A stretch of DNA of 51,035 nucleotides from Syntrophomonadaceae bacterium (GCA_003554395.1 PWGD01000110.1:1-51035), one strand, 5' to 3'. Positions 1 to 10,674 are shown, numbered from the stretch's first letter. Translations and numbers: made by a program. Notes: generated by a model not told the origin, from the sequence alone.

Positions 1-182
1 TTTCCGGAAGGATGCTCGACCCGGTATTCCTGGTTGATAAAAGGCAGTTTGATAGTGCCGTCTCCACTGTTATAATCGGCCCCGGCCCGCTCCGCGGTCA
101 GGGCGGGGTCCAGGGCGGAGAAACTCTTTACTGCTTCTTCCTGGGTGACATCCAGGTTCATGAAACTGCGTTTTGATTTCAT
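1..182 (-). CDS. N-terminal part of a hypothetical protein, probably DUF3786 family; runs off the window edge
   Basis: Manual translation MKSKRSFMNLDVTQEEAVKSFSALDPALTAERAGADYNSGDGTIKLPFINQEYRVEHPSG. GGAGG SD upstream; the ATG overlaps the TGA of the hydrolase (ATGA coupling). Family call from remembered resemblance only. Confidence 0.55.
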   Translation of the reverse strand, partial: MKSKRSFMNLDVTQEEAVKSFSALDPALTAERAGADYNSGDGTIKLPFINQEYRVEHPSG

Positions 183-940
183 AAAAGATCCTCCTCTACG
201 AATTGGGCGATGGCCCGGTTTACCGCTTCCGGTTGTTCAAGCATCACCATGTGTCCGGCCTTATCAATTATTTCCAGGCGGCTTCGCGGTATATTTTGAT
301 CCAGGAAACGGCTGTACTTGACCGGGGTCATGCGGTCTTCACTGCCGCAGATGATCAGAGTTGGCGCCTTTATCCGGTGCAGGCACTCCATGATGTCAAA
401 GCTGTCGCAGGCCTTTAAATCGGCCAGGTAAACGGAAGGATCGCTATTTTCTATTTCCCGGCGGCCTCGTTTTACCAGCTCCCCGGGAGCATCCGGGTCA
501 TAAAGGGATTCGAGCATGGCCTCCGGCACGCTGCCCCGGCTTAACTCTTCCAGAAAAGCAGGCCGGACCCGCAGGCGGGCACCGGTGCCGACCAGGATTA
601 AACCGCGCACTTCTTCCGGGTATTGCAGGGCGTAAGCGAGGGCCAGGGCCCCGCCCATGGAATGGCCGCCCAGCAAAAACTGCTCCAGCCCCAGGGCTTT
701 GACGAAGCGGCGCAGCCAGTCCCGGTATAAACCGATATCTTCCCGGGCCTTTCCCTCCGAACGGCCGTGGCCGGGCAGATCAACTGAGAGCGGATTGATG
801 AAAGGAGGCAAGTTTTTAAGCTGGTAGAGCCAGTGGTGGTGGCCGCCTCCGGATCCGTGGCAGAACAACAGCGGCAGGCCATCCTTCCTTTTATGGCCGG
901 AATAGTAAAAATTTTGTCCTTCAATTTCCACGTAGGGCAT
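179..940 (-). CDS. Alpha/beta fold hydrolase
   Basis: HGSGG oxyanion segment, DLPGHGRS, GHSMG nucleophile elbow, D (GSEDRMTP) and H (AGHMV) of the triad; SD AAGGAAGGA. Confidence 0.9.
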   Translation of the reverse strand: MPYVEIEGQNFYYSGHKRKDGLPLLFCHGSGGGHHHWLYQLKNLPPFINPLSVDLPGHGRSEGKAREDIGLYRDWLRRFVKALGLEQFLLGGHSMGGALALAYALQYPEEVRGLILVGTGARLRVRPAFLEELSRGSVPEAMLESLYDPDAPGELVKRGRREIENSDPSVYLADLKACDSFDIMECLHRIKAPTLIICGSEDRMTPVKYSRFLDQNIPRSRLEIIDKAGHMVMLEQPEAVNRAIAQFVEEDLL

Positions 941-982
941 TATGGTCCTTCCTTTCTAATCTGATCAGGCGGTTGATAGATA

Positions 983-1010
983 ATTCGCGCTGGCCGGAAC
1001 CAGATCCTGC
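983..1010 (-). promoter_or_regulatory. Putative sigma-H promoter of the hydrolase-DUF3786 operon
   Basis: Minus strand GCAGGATC...GCGAATT = AGGA-N18-GAAT, about 43 nt upstream of the start. Confidence 0.45.
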
Positions 1011-1071
1011 CGCCGATTACAAAGAGCTGTTGATTTGCCCTCCGGGCACTGTTTTAACGGGCTTTTGCTTG

Positions 1072-1100
1072 TTGACACTCCCGGGGGGGTTTGTTATGAT
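1072..1100 (+). promoter_or_regulatory. Sigma-A promoter of guaB
   Basis: TTGACA-17 bp-TATGAT with TGn extended -10. Confidence 0.75.
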
Positions 1101-1132
1101 CATTTAAATTAACTGCCCCAATTATGACTTAA

Positions 1133-2611
<1,479 letters not shown>

Positions 2612-2646
2612 GCCAGCTTCTTGTTTATAAATTACGCCCGGATACC

Positions 2647-2675
2647 CCGCAGGCCGGCATCGCCTGCGGTTTTTG
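2647..2675 (+). terminator. Intrinsic terminator after guaB
   Basis: CCGCAGG...CCTGCGG stem followed by TTTTT. Confidence 0.7.
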
Positions 2676-2788
2676 CTTATGCGGCCCGTGAAGGCTCCTG
2701 CCCGGCCCTCTTTATCCTCCTGATAACCGGCGGTATAATAAGGACAGGGATGCCGGGATATAAAATAATATCTAAAATCAATAACGGG

Positions 2789-3421
2789 GTGTTTACAACG
2801 CACGGTTTACTTGTTTCGCTGGAAGGAATTGACGGCTGCGGAAAAACGACACAGGTGGCGTTATTACAGGCCAGGCTTGAACAAAATCAGATCCCCTTCA
2901 TCGCAGTCCGGGAACCGGGCGGCACCGCGGTGGGTGAAGGAATCAGGCAGGTCCTGCTGCAAAGCAGTTATTCATTGACCGCTGAAGCGGAGCTGCTCTT
3001 GTATATGGCAGCCCGGGCTGAATTAAGCAGGCAGGTTATTATCCCAGCCCTGCTGAAAGGCAGGCTGGTCCTCTGCGATCGCTTTACCGATTCGACGCTC
3101 GCCTACCAGGGCTACGGCGCCGGAATGGACCTGCAGTGGATAAAACAGCTGAACCGGAAAGCAACCGCCGGCCGGCTGCCGGATCTTACTTTCCTCTTAA
3201 ACCTTTCAGCAGAAGCAGCGGCGGCCAGGCGCGGCAATCCTCCCGATCGCATGGAAAAGAAGGACTTGCGCTATCACCGGCGGGTTCAGCGGGGCTACCT
3301 GGAAATTGCCCGGTATGAGCCGGAAAGGGTGGCTGTTCTGGATGCTGCGATTGATGCGGAAGCGCTGGGCGATGAGATCTGGCACAGGCTTTGCAAACAC
3401 CTGGAAAAAGAATCACAATGA
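2789..3421 (+). CDS. tmk: Thymidylate kinase (start uncertain: GTG 2789 or ATG 2750; track start 2621 too long)
   Basis: EGIDGCGKTTQ P-loop, REPGGT, DRFTDSTLAYQG, DRME; TATAAT at 2734-2739 argues against the longer start. Confidence 0.95.
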   Translation: MFTTHGLLVSLEGIDGCGKTTQVALLQARLEQNQIPFIAVREPGGTAVGEGIRQVLLQSSYSLTAEAELLLYMAARAELSRQVIIPALLKGRLVLCDRFTDSTLAYQGYGAGMDLQWIKQLNRKATAGRLPDLTFLLNLSAEAAAARRGNPPDRMEKKDLRYHRRVQRGYLEIARYEPERVAVLDAAIDAEALGDEIWHRLCKHLEKESQ

Positions 3422-3430
3422 GGACGGATT

Positions 3431-4420
3431 ATGAATTTTAAAACTCTAACCGGCCAGGATGCGCTGCGCCGTTCACTGACCCGGTTGGTGGCCGCCGATC
3501 GGTTAAGCCATGCTGTGTTGCTGACCGGGCCCGCGGGCAGCGGCAAGCAAAGCTGGGGCCGGGCCCTGGCCCGGGCGGTCCTGTGCAGAGAACCGGCCGG
3601 AGGCGACGCCTGCCTTAAGTGCATATCCTGCCGTCAGTTTGGCAGCGGCAACCATCCGGATTACTTTTTCGTTGAACCGGATGGGAGAAACATAAAAATT
3701 GATCAGGTCAGGTCCCTGCGTCCCGCCTTTCACCTGCTGGGCGGAAAGAAAGTCTGTTTGATTAGACAGGCCGAGGCCATGACCGCTGAAGCTTCTTCAT
3801 CGCTGCTCAAGGTTTTGGAAGAACCGCCCGAGGGCCTCTATTTTATTTTGCTGGCGGAACAGGCGCAGCTGCTTTTTGAAACTATTCTGTCCCGGTGTCA
3901 GCATTATCACCTGCAGCCCCTGAGCCGGACTGAAATACAGGGCCTGCTGATGGAAGCTAAAAGTTTAAGCTCTGAAAAGGCGGCAATGCTGGCCCGCCTC
4001 AGCAGGGGTATGCCCGGTCGGGCTTACGAGTTGGCGGAAGATGAACAATTTGACAGCCGCTTTGAAGAGGCTGAAACTTTAGCCCTCAGCCTGTTATCAG
4101 GGCCTGATTCGGCCTACCATTTGCTTTCAAAAGCTGCTGAACTGGCTGAAAGGGAAGATCTGCTGCCTTTTCTGGATCTGCTCTGTTTTTCTTTACGGGA
4201 TTGCCTGGTCATGCATTACTGTTCCAATGATCGCTTGTTGATTGATCCCGGCCGGCCCGCTTTGAGGCAAGGGGAAACGGCAGCCGAAGGCCTGGAAAAT
4301 ATTATCGGCCTGATTAATAATACAGTTCATGAGTTGACCGCAACAAATGTTAATCGACGCTTATTGCTGGAGAAGATGCTTATTTTGATGCAAAGGAGGT
4401 TCGCGGCATGCCGAAAATAG
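3431..4420 (+). CDS. holB: DNA polymerase III delta' subunit
   Basis: SHAVLLTGPAGSGK, Cys cluster C..CLKCISC, NHPD, LLKVLEEPP, TILSRCQ; follows tmk. Confidence 0.93.
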   Translation: MNFKTLTGQDALRRSLTRLVAADRLSHAVLLTGPAGSGKQSWGRALARAVLCREPAGGDACLKCISCRQFGSGNHPDYFFVEPDGRNIKIDQVRSLRPAFHLLGGKKVCLIRQAEAMTAEASSSLLKVLEEPPEGLYFILLAEQAQLLFETILSRCQHYHLQPLSRTEIQGLLMEAKSLSSEKAAMLARLSRGMPGRAYELAEDEQFDSRFEEAETLALSLLSGPDSAYHLLSKAAELAEREDLLPFLDLLCFSLRDCLVMHYCSNDRLLIDPGRPALRQGETAAEGLENIIGLINNTVHELTATNVNRRLLLEKMLILMQRRFAACRK

Positions 4421-5208
4421 TCGGAATCAAGTTTAAAAATGCCGGCAAAACCTATTACTTTGAACCCGGTTCGCATAGATTAGATCAAGGTGACTATGCC
4501 ATTGTAGAAACGGCCCGGGGAATAGAAATTGGCCTAATAGTGATCCCGGAAAAAGATGTTCCTAAAGAAGACCTGGTTTATCCCCTCAAGAAAGTGCTGC
4601 GTAAGGCCACGGAAAATGACCTTGCCCAGGCTGAGGAAAATGTAACAAAAGAAGCCGAAGCTTTTACCGTCTGTCAGAAGAAGATCAAAGAACATGGCCT
4701 GGAAATGAAACTGGTAGGGGTCGAGTATACCTTTGACCGCAACAAGATCATCTTCTACTTTACTTCTGACGAAAGAGTGGATTTCAGGGAACTGGTCAAA
4801 AACCTGGCCTCGATCTTTAAAACCCGGATCGAATTGCGCCAGATCGGAGTCCGGGATGAAGCCAAGTTAAAAGGCGGCATCGGCCCCTGTGGACGGCCCT
4901 TCTGCTGCTCCACTTTCCTGGAGGGGTTTGAACCTGTATCGATCCGCATGGCCAAGGGTCAGAACCTGTCTTTAAATCCCACTAAGATTTCTGGAGTTTG
5001 CGGCCGCCTGATGTGCTGCCTCCGCTTTGAAGCAAGCAGTTATGAAGAGGCCCGCAAACAGATGCCCAGGAGGGGCCAGAAGGTGATCACTCCGGACGGC
5101 GAGGGTGTCGTCCAGGAAGTCGATAAAAAGAAAGAATCAGCGCTGATTAAATTAGAAGAATCAGGTTATATAAGAACTTTTCCCTGGGAAGAAATTGGTT
5201 CGCTTTAG
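4408..5208 (+). CDS. ricT: PSP1-domain protein RicT/YaaT
   Basis: RVDFRELVK, TRIELRQIGVRDEAK, GPCGRPFCC, KISGVCGRLMCCL; follows holB. Confidence 0.93.
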   Translation: MPKIVGIKFKNAGKTYYFEPGSHRLDQGDYAIVETARGIEIGLIVIPEKDVPKEDLVYPLKKVLRKATENDLAQAEENVTKEAEAFTVCQKKIKEHGLEMKLVGVEYTFDRNKIIFYFTSDERVDFRELVKNLASIFKTRIELRQIGVRDEAKLKGGIGPCGRPFCCSTFLEGFEPVSIRMAKGQNLSLNPTKISGVCGRLMCCLRFEASSYEEARKQMPRRGQKVITPDGEGVVQEVDKKKESALIKLEESGYIRTFPWEEIGSL

Positions 5209-5226
5209 GGCTAAACCGGGAGCATG

Positions 5227-5256
5227 AAAAAGGGGCAACCAGCAGCTTGCCCCTTT
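5227..5256. terminator. Bidirectional terminator between ricT and abrB
   Basis: AAAGGGGCAA...TTGCCCCTTT inverted repeat between convergent genes. Confidence 0.7.
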
Positions 5257-5283
5257 ACAAATATTTTTCTTTTTTTGTAATGA

Positions 5284-5526
5284 TCACGCTGTAGCCAGCT
5301 TATCCACACATTCCTGGCAAACGATGCGGTTATTAAAATGCTTCACATTGTCTGCATTTCCACAGAATAAACAGGCCGGTTCATATTTTTTAAGAATGAT
5401 CCTGTCAGAATCAACATAAATCTCCAGGGCATCTTTTACTTCAATACCAAGGGTCCTCCTCAGCTCTATAGGGATGACGACTCTGCCCAATTCATCTACT
5501 TTTCTAACAATTCCCGTTGATTTCAA
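5284..5526 (-). CDS. abrB: AbrB/MazE/SpoVT-family transition-state regulator (start re-called to TTG 5526)
   Basis: MKSTGIVRKVDELGRVVIPIELRR; C-terminal CxxC...CxxC of clostridial AbrB; AAGGAGG SD; divergent from metG. Confidence 0.93.
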   Translation of the reverse strand: MKSTGIVRKVDELGRVVIPIELRRTLGIEVKDALEIYVDSDRIILKKYEPACLFCGNADNVKHFNNRIVCQECVDKLATA

Positions 5527-5572
5527 GAGCTCTTCCTCCTTTTCATCATAATGGAGCAGGTTAGGTTTGAAT

Positions 5573-5602
5573 ATTATACCAGTAATTGACATGGAAAGTC
5601 AA
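5573..5602 (-). promoter_or_regulatory. Sigma-A promoter of abrB
   Basis: TTGACT-18 bp-TATAAT on the minus strand. Confidence 0.6.
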
Positions 5603-5627
5603 CAATCATTTTCCCTTTTTAATCAGG

Positions 5628-5711
5628 TTTACAAAAATATTACAGGTATGTATTATCTATGTAACATTCCTGGATCGTCGATCTTGACACCCTTAAAGGC
5701 TCTGATATAAT
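5628..5711 (+). promoter_or_regulatory. Tandem sigma-A promoter candidates of metG
   Basis: TTTACA-17-TATTAT (5628-5656) and TTGACA-16-TATAAT with TGn (5684-5711). Confidence 0.55.
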
Positions 5712-5747
5712 AACCTCATCCTGTTCAGTCAAGAGGAGGGCCTAACA

Positions 5748-7703
5748 TTGGCAGAAAAGAAGACCTTCTATGTAACCACCCCTATTTATTACCCCAGTAA
5801 CAAGCTCCATGTCGGGAATTCTTATACCACTGTAGCTGCTGATGCTATGGCCCGCTTTAAAAGGCTCACCGGCTACCGGGTCTGGTTCCTGACCGGAACT
5901 GACGAGCACGGCCAGAAAATACAGCGGCAGGCTGAAGCTGCCGGAAAAGCTCCGGCCGATTTCGTCGACGAGATCGTAGCATGGATTAAAGAGCTCTGGA
6001 ATGAGCTGGACATAGAGTTTGATGATTTTATCCGGACCTCAGAGCCCCGGCACAAAGATAAAGTGTCCCGCATTTTTGAACGCTACTATGAACAGGGCGA
6101 CATTTATAAAGGCAAATACGAGGGGCTCTACTGCACTCCCTGTGAAGCATACTGGACCGAAAGACAGCTGGACGACGGAAACTGCCCGGACTGCGGGCGC
6201 AAAGTGGAGCTGATCGACGAGGAAGCCTACTTCTTCAAAATGTCCAGGTACGCTGATCGGCTGCTGGAACATATTGAGACCCATCCAGAATTTATCCAAC
6301 CCCCTTCCCGCAAAAATGAAATGATTAATAATTTCCTTAAGCCGGGGTTGGAAGACCTCTGTGTATCGCGAACCTCTTTTGACTGGGGTATCCCGGTGCC
6401 TTTTGACCGGGATCATGTCATTTATGTCTGGCTGGATGCCCTGAGCAATTACATTACCGCCCTGGGGTACGGGGAAGAAGGCAGCCTTTATGATCAGTTC
6501 TGGCCTGCAGATGTCCAGCTGATCGGCAAGGACATCCTTCGTTTCCATACCATTTACTGGCCCATTTTCCTGATGGCCCTGGGCGAGCCCCTGCCCAAGA
6601 CCGTTTTCGGGCACGGCTGGCTGATGCTCCAGGAAGGAAAGATGTCCAAGTCCAAGGGCAATGCCATCGACCCGATGGTGCTGGCGGGCAGGTACAGCTC
6701 AGATGCCCTGCGCTACTTTTTGCTTCGGGAAATTCCCTTCGGCCAGGATGGCGTTTTCAGCCTGGAAGCTTTTATAACCCGCATCAATAACGACCTGGCC
6801 AATGACCTGGGCAACCTGGTTAGCCGGACGCTGACCATGGCGGAGCGTTACTTTGACGGGGTGCTGCCCGAGCCTTCCGCCGGGGACAGGGCTACGGACC
6901 ATGAACTGAGCAGGACTGCCCTGAACACTCCCGGTGCGGTTGAAGCGGCCATGGACCAGATGAAGATCAGCGATGCCCTGGCCGGGCTGTGGCTGCTTGT
7001 CCGTCAGAGCAATAAGTATATTGACGACAATATGCCCTGGAGCCTGGCTAAAGATCCGGCCAACCGGGAGCGCCTGGGGACCGTCATTTACAACCTGATT
7101 GAAAGCATTCGATTTATTGGGGTTATGCTCAAACCTTATATGCCCCGCACCCCTGAATCGATCTGGGAACAGTTGAATATCAAAGCAGACAAGGACCTGC
7201 AGGAATGGGAGAGCCTGGCCGGCTGGGGCCGAATCAAACCGGGCACGGTGGTCAAAAGGGGCGACGATCTATTCCCGCGCCTTAACCTGCAGGCGGAAAT
7301 CAGAGCCATGCGCGCGGATAAACCGGCAGAAGAAACAGCGGTCGATCAATCCGCACCGGCTGAAGAGCAGGCCGGCTTAATCAACCTGGAGCAGTTCCAG
7401 CAGGTTGATCTGCGGGTAGCGGAAATAAGTGACGCCGAAAGGGTTCCCAAGTCGGACAAACTGTTAAAGCTGGAGGTTGACCTGGGTGAAGAAACCAAGC
7501 GCCAGGTTGCAGCCGGGCTGGCTGAATATTACCAGCCGGAGGAGCTGATCGGCAAGCAGGTTATCTTCGTGGCTAACCTGAAACCGGTCAAATTAAGAGG
7601 AATCCTTTCTCAGGGCATGCTGCTGGCAGCGGTAAGCGCTGACGGCGTTCCGGTCCTGACCGCGGTTGACAGGAAGATTGCCCCGGGAAGCAGGGTCAGT
7701 TGA
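5748..7703 (+). CDS. metG: Methionine--tRNA ligase with C-terminal tRNA-binding domain
   Basis: TTPIYYPS, HIGH-like LHVGN, Zn knuckle CTPC/CPDC, KMSKS, C-terminal OB domain (DLRVAEI...NLKP..LRG..SQGM). Confidence 0.98.
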   Translation: MAEKKTFYVTTPIYYPSNKLHVGNSYTTVAADAMARFKRLTGYRVWFLTGTDEHGQKIQRQAEAAGKAPADFVDEIVAWIKELWNELDIEFDDFIRTSEPRHKDKVSRIFERYYEQGDIYKGKYEGLYCTPCEAYWTERQLDDGNCPDCGRKVELIDEEAYFFKMSRYADRLLEHIETHPEFIQPPSRKNEMINNFLKPGLEDLCVSRTSFDWGIPVPFDRDHVIYVWLDALSNYITALGYGEEGSLYDQFWPADVQLIGKDILRFHTIYWPIFLMALGEPLPKTVFGHGWLMLQEGKMSKSKGNAIDPMVLAGRYSSDALRYFLLREIPFGQDGVFSLEAFITRINNDLANDLGNLVSRTLTMAERYFDGVLPEPSAGDRATDHELSRTALNTPGAVEAAMDQMKISDALAGLWLLVRQSNKYIDDNMPWSLAKDPANRERLGTVIYNLIESIRFIGVMLKPYMPRTPESIWEQLNIKADKDLQEWESLAGWGRIKPGTVVKRGDDLFPRLNLQAEIRAMRADKPAEETAVDQSAPAEEQAGLINLEQFQQVDLRVAEISDAERVPKSDKLLKLEVDLGEETKRQVAAGLAEYYQPEELIGKQVIFVANLKPVKLRGILSQGMLLAAVSADGVPVLTAVDRKIAPGSRVS

Positions 7704-7704
7704 T

Positions 7705-8493
7705 TTGAATTCGCTTCTAGATACGCATGCCCATCTTGATTTTCCCCAGTTTAAAAATGACCTGGATCAGGTCCTGGAGCGGGCCCGGCAGGCCGGAGTG
7801 GCTGCTATTTTAAATGCCGGCACCGATGAACAAAGCTCCGTGCGCGCGGTGGAGCTAAGTAAAAAATATCCCCAAATCGGGGCTTCAGTCGGAATCCACC
7901 CCCACGGCGCCGCCCGGGTTTCAGCGGGCTGGCTGAAAAAGCTGGAAGGCCTGGCTGCGGAAGAAACGGCGCTGGCTGTTGGCGAAACGGGCCTCGATTT
8001 TTACCGTAACCTCTCGCCCCGGGAAGAGCAGGAAACATTATTCCGGGAGCATATCCGCCTGGCCTGCCGGGTTGCCAAACCGGTTATTATTCACAGCCGG
8101 GAGGCCCATCCCGAAACTCTGCAGATCGTGAGAGAGGAGCAGCTCCCCTGCCGGGGCGGGGTGATGCACTGCTTTTCGGGCCATCGCAGCCAGGCGGAAG
8201 CGTTTTTGGATCTGGGGTTTTATATTTCCCTGGCTGGCCCCTTGACTTACCCCCGTTCCCACGCTTTAAGGGATCTCTTAAATTATATCCCGCCGGAGAG
8301 GCTGCTCCTGGAAACTGACGCCCCTTACCTGGCGCCCCAGGCTTACCGGGGCAAACGCAATGAACCCGCTTATGTCAAGCTCATTTACGAGAGGGCTGCC
8401 CTGGCCCTGAACCGGGATCCCGCCCGCCTTGCCGAGCAGATCTATGTAAACGCCATCCGCCTGTTTTCCGATCTCCTGGTTGACCGGGCTTAA
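7705..8493 (+). CDS. tatD: TatD-family DNase (start re-called to TTG 7705)
   Basis: DTHAHL, GIHPH, GETGLD, HSR, HCFSG, ETDAPYLAP, RNEP. Confidence 0.93.
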   Translation: MNSLLDTHAHLDFPQFKNDLDQVLERARQAGVAAILNAGTDEQSSVRAVELSKKYPQIGASVGIHPHGAARVSAGWLKKLEGLAAEETALAVGETGLDFYRNLSPREEQETLFREHIRLACRVAKPVIIHSREAHPETLQIVREEQLPCRGGVMHCFSGHRSQAEAFLDLGFYISLAGPLTYPRSHALRDLLNYIPPERLLLETDAPYLAPQAYRGKRNEPAYVKLIYERAALALNRDPARLAEQIYVNAIRLFSDLLVDRA

Positions 8494-8563
8494 ATATAAG
8501 ACGGGCCTCTTAACCGGGACCGGAGTTTATAAAACAGGCAGCCAATCCATACTTAATTTAAAC

Positions 8564-8599
8564 AAAAAAGCGGCGCCCCGGCTTTAGCCTGAGCGCCGC
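8564..8599 (-). terminator. Intrinsic terminator of the SCP2 gene
   Basis: Minus strand GCGGCGC...GCGCCGC then TTTTTT. Confidence 0.65.
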
Positions 8600-8617
8600 C
8601 TGAAGTAAGGCCCGGTT

Positions 8618-8944
8618 TTAACTAACCAGGCTTTGCAGTTTCATAGCCAGGGACATGTCTCCCTTTACTTTCAGCTTGCCGGCCATAAAGGCCGAGGTGG
8701 CGTTTAATTTGCCTTCGAGAAGATCGTTGAAATCATCAGCGGCCATTGTAATGGTGATATTGGGATTATCATGCGCCGCTTCAACGACGGATGGTTTTCC
8801 ATCTTCAACAGCAACATGGAATACGCCGCCGTTGTCACCGGAAAGATCAAATTGATATACCGCGTCGACCCCTTTCATTTTGGCCGGATCAGCCGCTTCT
8901 ATTTTCTTGTTCAGGTTATCTAAAATCTCTTTGAATTCTGCCAT
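8618..8944 (-). CDS. Stand-alone SCP2 sterol/lipid-binding domain protein (start re-called to ATG 8944)
   Basis: YQFDLSG..GG.FHVAVEDG, ITMAADDF..LLEGKLNATSAFMAGKLKVKGDMSLAMKL signature; AAGGAGG SD. Confidence 0.88.
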   Translation of the reverse strand: MAEFKEILDNLNKKIEAADPAKMKGVDAVYQFDLSGDNGGVFHVAVEDGKPSVVEAAHDNPNITITMAADDFNDLLEGKLNATSAFMAGKLKVKGDMSLAMKLQSLVS

Positions 8945-9103
8945 ATCAATAAAAACCTCCTTCACAATTAAATCGAGTTATTAATGGAATGCAGGCCCTT
9001 GATCAGTTTGCCGGCTTTATCCCTCCTTCCCGGTGCCAGTAAAGAAAAAGATACTCAGATCGGCAAATGCTTAAACAGTTGAATTATTCCTCTTGTTAAA
9101 TAT

Positions 9104-9132
9104 ATTATAAAGCATAACCCCCTCTTTGTCAT
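9104..9132 (-). promoter_or_regulatory. Sigma-A promoter of the SCP2 gene (implies about 150-nt leader)
   Basis: ATGACA-17 bp-TATAAT on the minus strand. Confidence 0.55.
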
Positions 9133-9218
9133 TATATATATTTTGGGGGCCAATTTGACGCTGGCCGGGTTGAAAGGTAAACTAAAGCAAAATCAAAAAC
9201 AGCCGGGGGGACAGCCCA

Positions 9219-10100
9219 GTGGATCAAATGCCTGACATCACTTCGCCCCGTATACTTGGCGATCTTTTCCGGGATTACGGTTTGCAGCCCCGCCGCCACC
9301 TGGGCCAGAATTTTTTGATCGACGGCAATATTGTACGGAAAATTGTCGGGGCGGCTGAAATAAAAAAAGGCGATACCGTGCTGGAAATAGGCCCTGGAGC
9401 CGGAGCCCTGACCTTATCGATGGCCCGTTTGGGGGCCCATATTACGGTCCTGGAAGTTGATCGAGGCCTGATCCGGCTGCTAAGAGACTTGTTTGAAGCG
9501 TGGCCGCAGGTAGAAATTTTGGAATTGGATGCCCTGAAAGCAGATTGGGATTTACTGATTGGACGCTTCGAGGCCAATCGCGGTGCCGTTAAACTGATTT
9601 CGAACCTTCCTTACAATATATCCGGGCCTTTTATGTACAGCCTCTTTAAAGAAGGCTTTCCCTTTGCGGAGGCCGTCCTGATGTTCCAGAAAGAAGTGGC
9701 CCTGAGGCTTGTAGCCGGGCCAGGCGATCGTGATTATGGGACCCTCTCGGTCCTCAGCCGTTACTATTGTGAGGGAAATATATTATTTGAGGTTTCCAAA
9801 AATGTTTTCTGGCCCCGCCCCAAGATTGGTTCGGCAGTGCTGAAATTAAAACCCCGGCCCCGGGAACTGTCGGCCGGGGAAGAAGAGCTGCTGTGGACAG
9901 TTGTCCGGGGCTTGTTTCAGCAGCGCCGCAAGACCATCCTGAATAACATGAGCCGCCTTTTTAATCTATCCCGGGCCAGGCTGGTGGATTTGTTGGATGA
10001 AGTGCCCGTTTCTCCCGCTGCCAGGCCTGAAGAGTTAAGCGTAAGCCAGTTTGCAAAGCTGGCCCGAATAACTTATAATTACCTTGATAAATTAAGCTGA
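9219..10100 (+). CDS. rsmA: 16S rRNA m6,2A1518/1519 dimethyltransferase
   Basis: LGQNFLID, VLEIGPGAGALT, SNLPYNIS, MFQKEVA, F.QRRKT. Confidence 0.96.
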   Translation: MDQMPDITSPRILGDLFRDYGLQPRRHLGQNFLIDGNIVRKIVGAAEIKKGDTVLEIGPGAGALTLSMARLGAHITVLEVDRGLIRLLRDLFEAWPQVEILELDALKADWDLLIGRFEANRGAVKLISNLPYNISGPFMYSLFKEGFPFAEAVLMFQKEVALRLVAGPGDRDYGTLSVLSRYYCEGNILFEVSKNVFWPRPKIGSAVLKLKPRPRELSAGEEELLWTVVRGLFQQRRKTILNNMSRLFNLSRARLVDLLDEVPVSPAARPEELSVSQFAKLARITYNYLDKLS

Positions 10101-10115
10101 AAGGTAGTAGCAGGC

Positions 10116-10592
10116 ATGTTTTTTACAAGTCCGTCCAGAGGAAAAGTATCATTCCAGGAGTTATTTGATGATCTGGTGGGATACACCAACGAATTCCCTG
10201 ATGAATCATATAAGCTGATCATTGGCACCGATTCCCATGCCTTTTTAAACGACCATGTCATGTTTGTTACAGCCGTTGTGGTCCACCGCGTTGGTAAAGG
10301 GGGACGTTTCTTCTACCATAAACAAAAAACGCGGTACATGGAAAGCCTGCGCCAGAGAATCTATTATGAGACATTTTTAAGCCTGGAAGTAGCGACCCGT
10401 CTGACCGAAAAGCTGGCTGAAAACGGCGATCTGCGCTTAAACGTGGAGATTCATCTTGATGTGGGCGAAAAAGGCGAGACCCGCGATATCATTAAAGAGG
10501 TCGTCGGGATGGTTATTGGAAGTGGTTACCAGGCCTTTATCAAGCCCTATTCCTATGGTGCCGCCACCGTAGCGGATAGATTTACCCGATAA
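10116..10592 (+). CDS. YkuK/DUF458 RNase H-like family protein
   Basis: IIGTDS, FVTAVVVHRVGKGG.FFY, EIHLDVG..G.TR..IKEVVGMV.G.GY...IKP.SYGAATVAD pattern. Confidence 0.8.
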   Translation: MFFTSPSRGKVSFQELFDDLVGYTNEFPDESYKLIIGTDSHAFLNDHVMFVTAVVVHRVGKGGRFFYHKQKTRYMESLRQRIYYETFLSLEVATRLTEKLAENGDLRLNVEIHLDVGEKGETRDIIKEVVGMVIGSGYQAFIKPYSYGAATVADRFTR

Positions 10593-10644
10593 TAAGGATT
10601 AAAAGGCCTGAGCAGCATTATTTTTGTTATTTTCTCTGCATTTC

Positions 10645-10674
10645 TTGACATATTGGGGGATATTATGTTAATAT
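10645..10674 (+). promoter_or_regulatory. Sigma-A promoter of veg
   Basis: TTGACA-18-TAATAT with TGn; AT-rich UP-like tract upstream. Confidence 0.6.

Noticed and set aside
1083-1089. G7 run in the guaB promoter spacer as a phase-variation switch
   Set aside because: Too short for appreciable slippage, and the spacer is already the optimal 17 bp.
5300-5308. Perfect DnaA box TTATCCACA
   Set aside because: It is a single copy inside the abrB coding sequence (codons for CVDK); about one chance hit is unsurprising in 51 kb, and there is no cluster.
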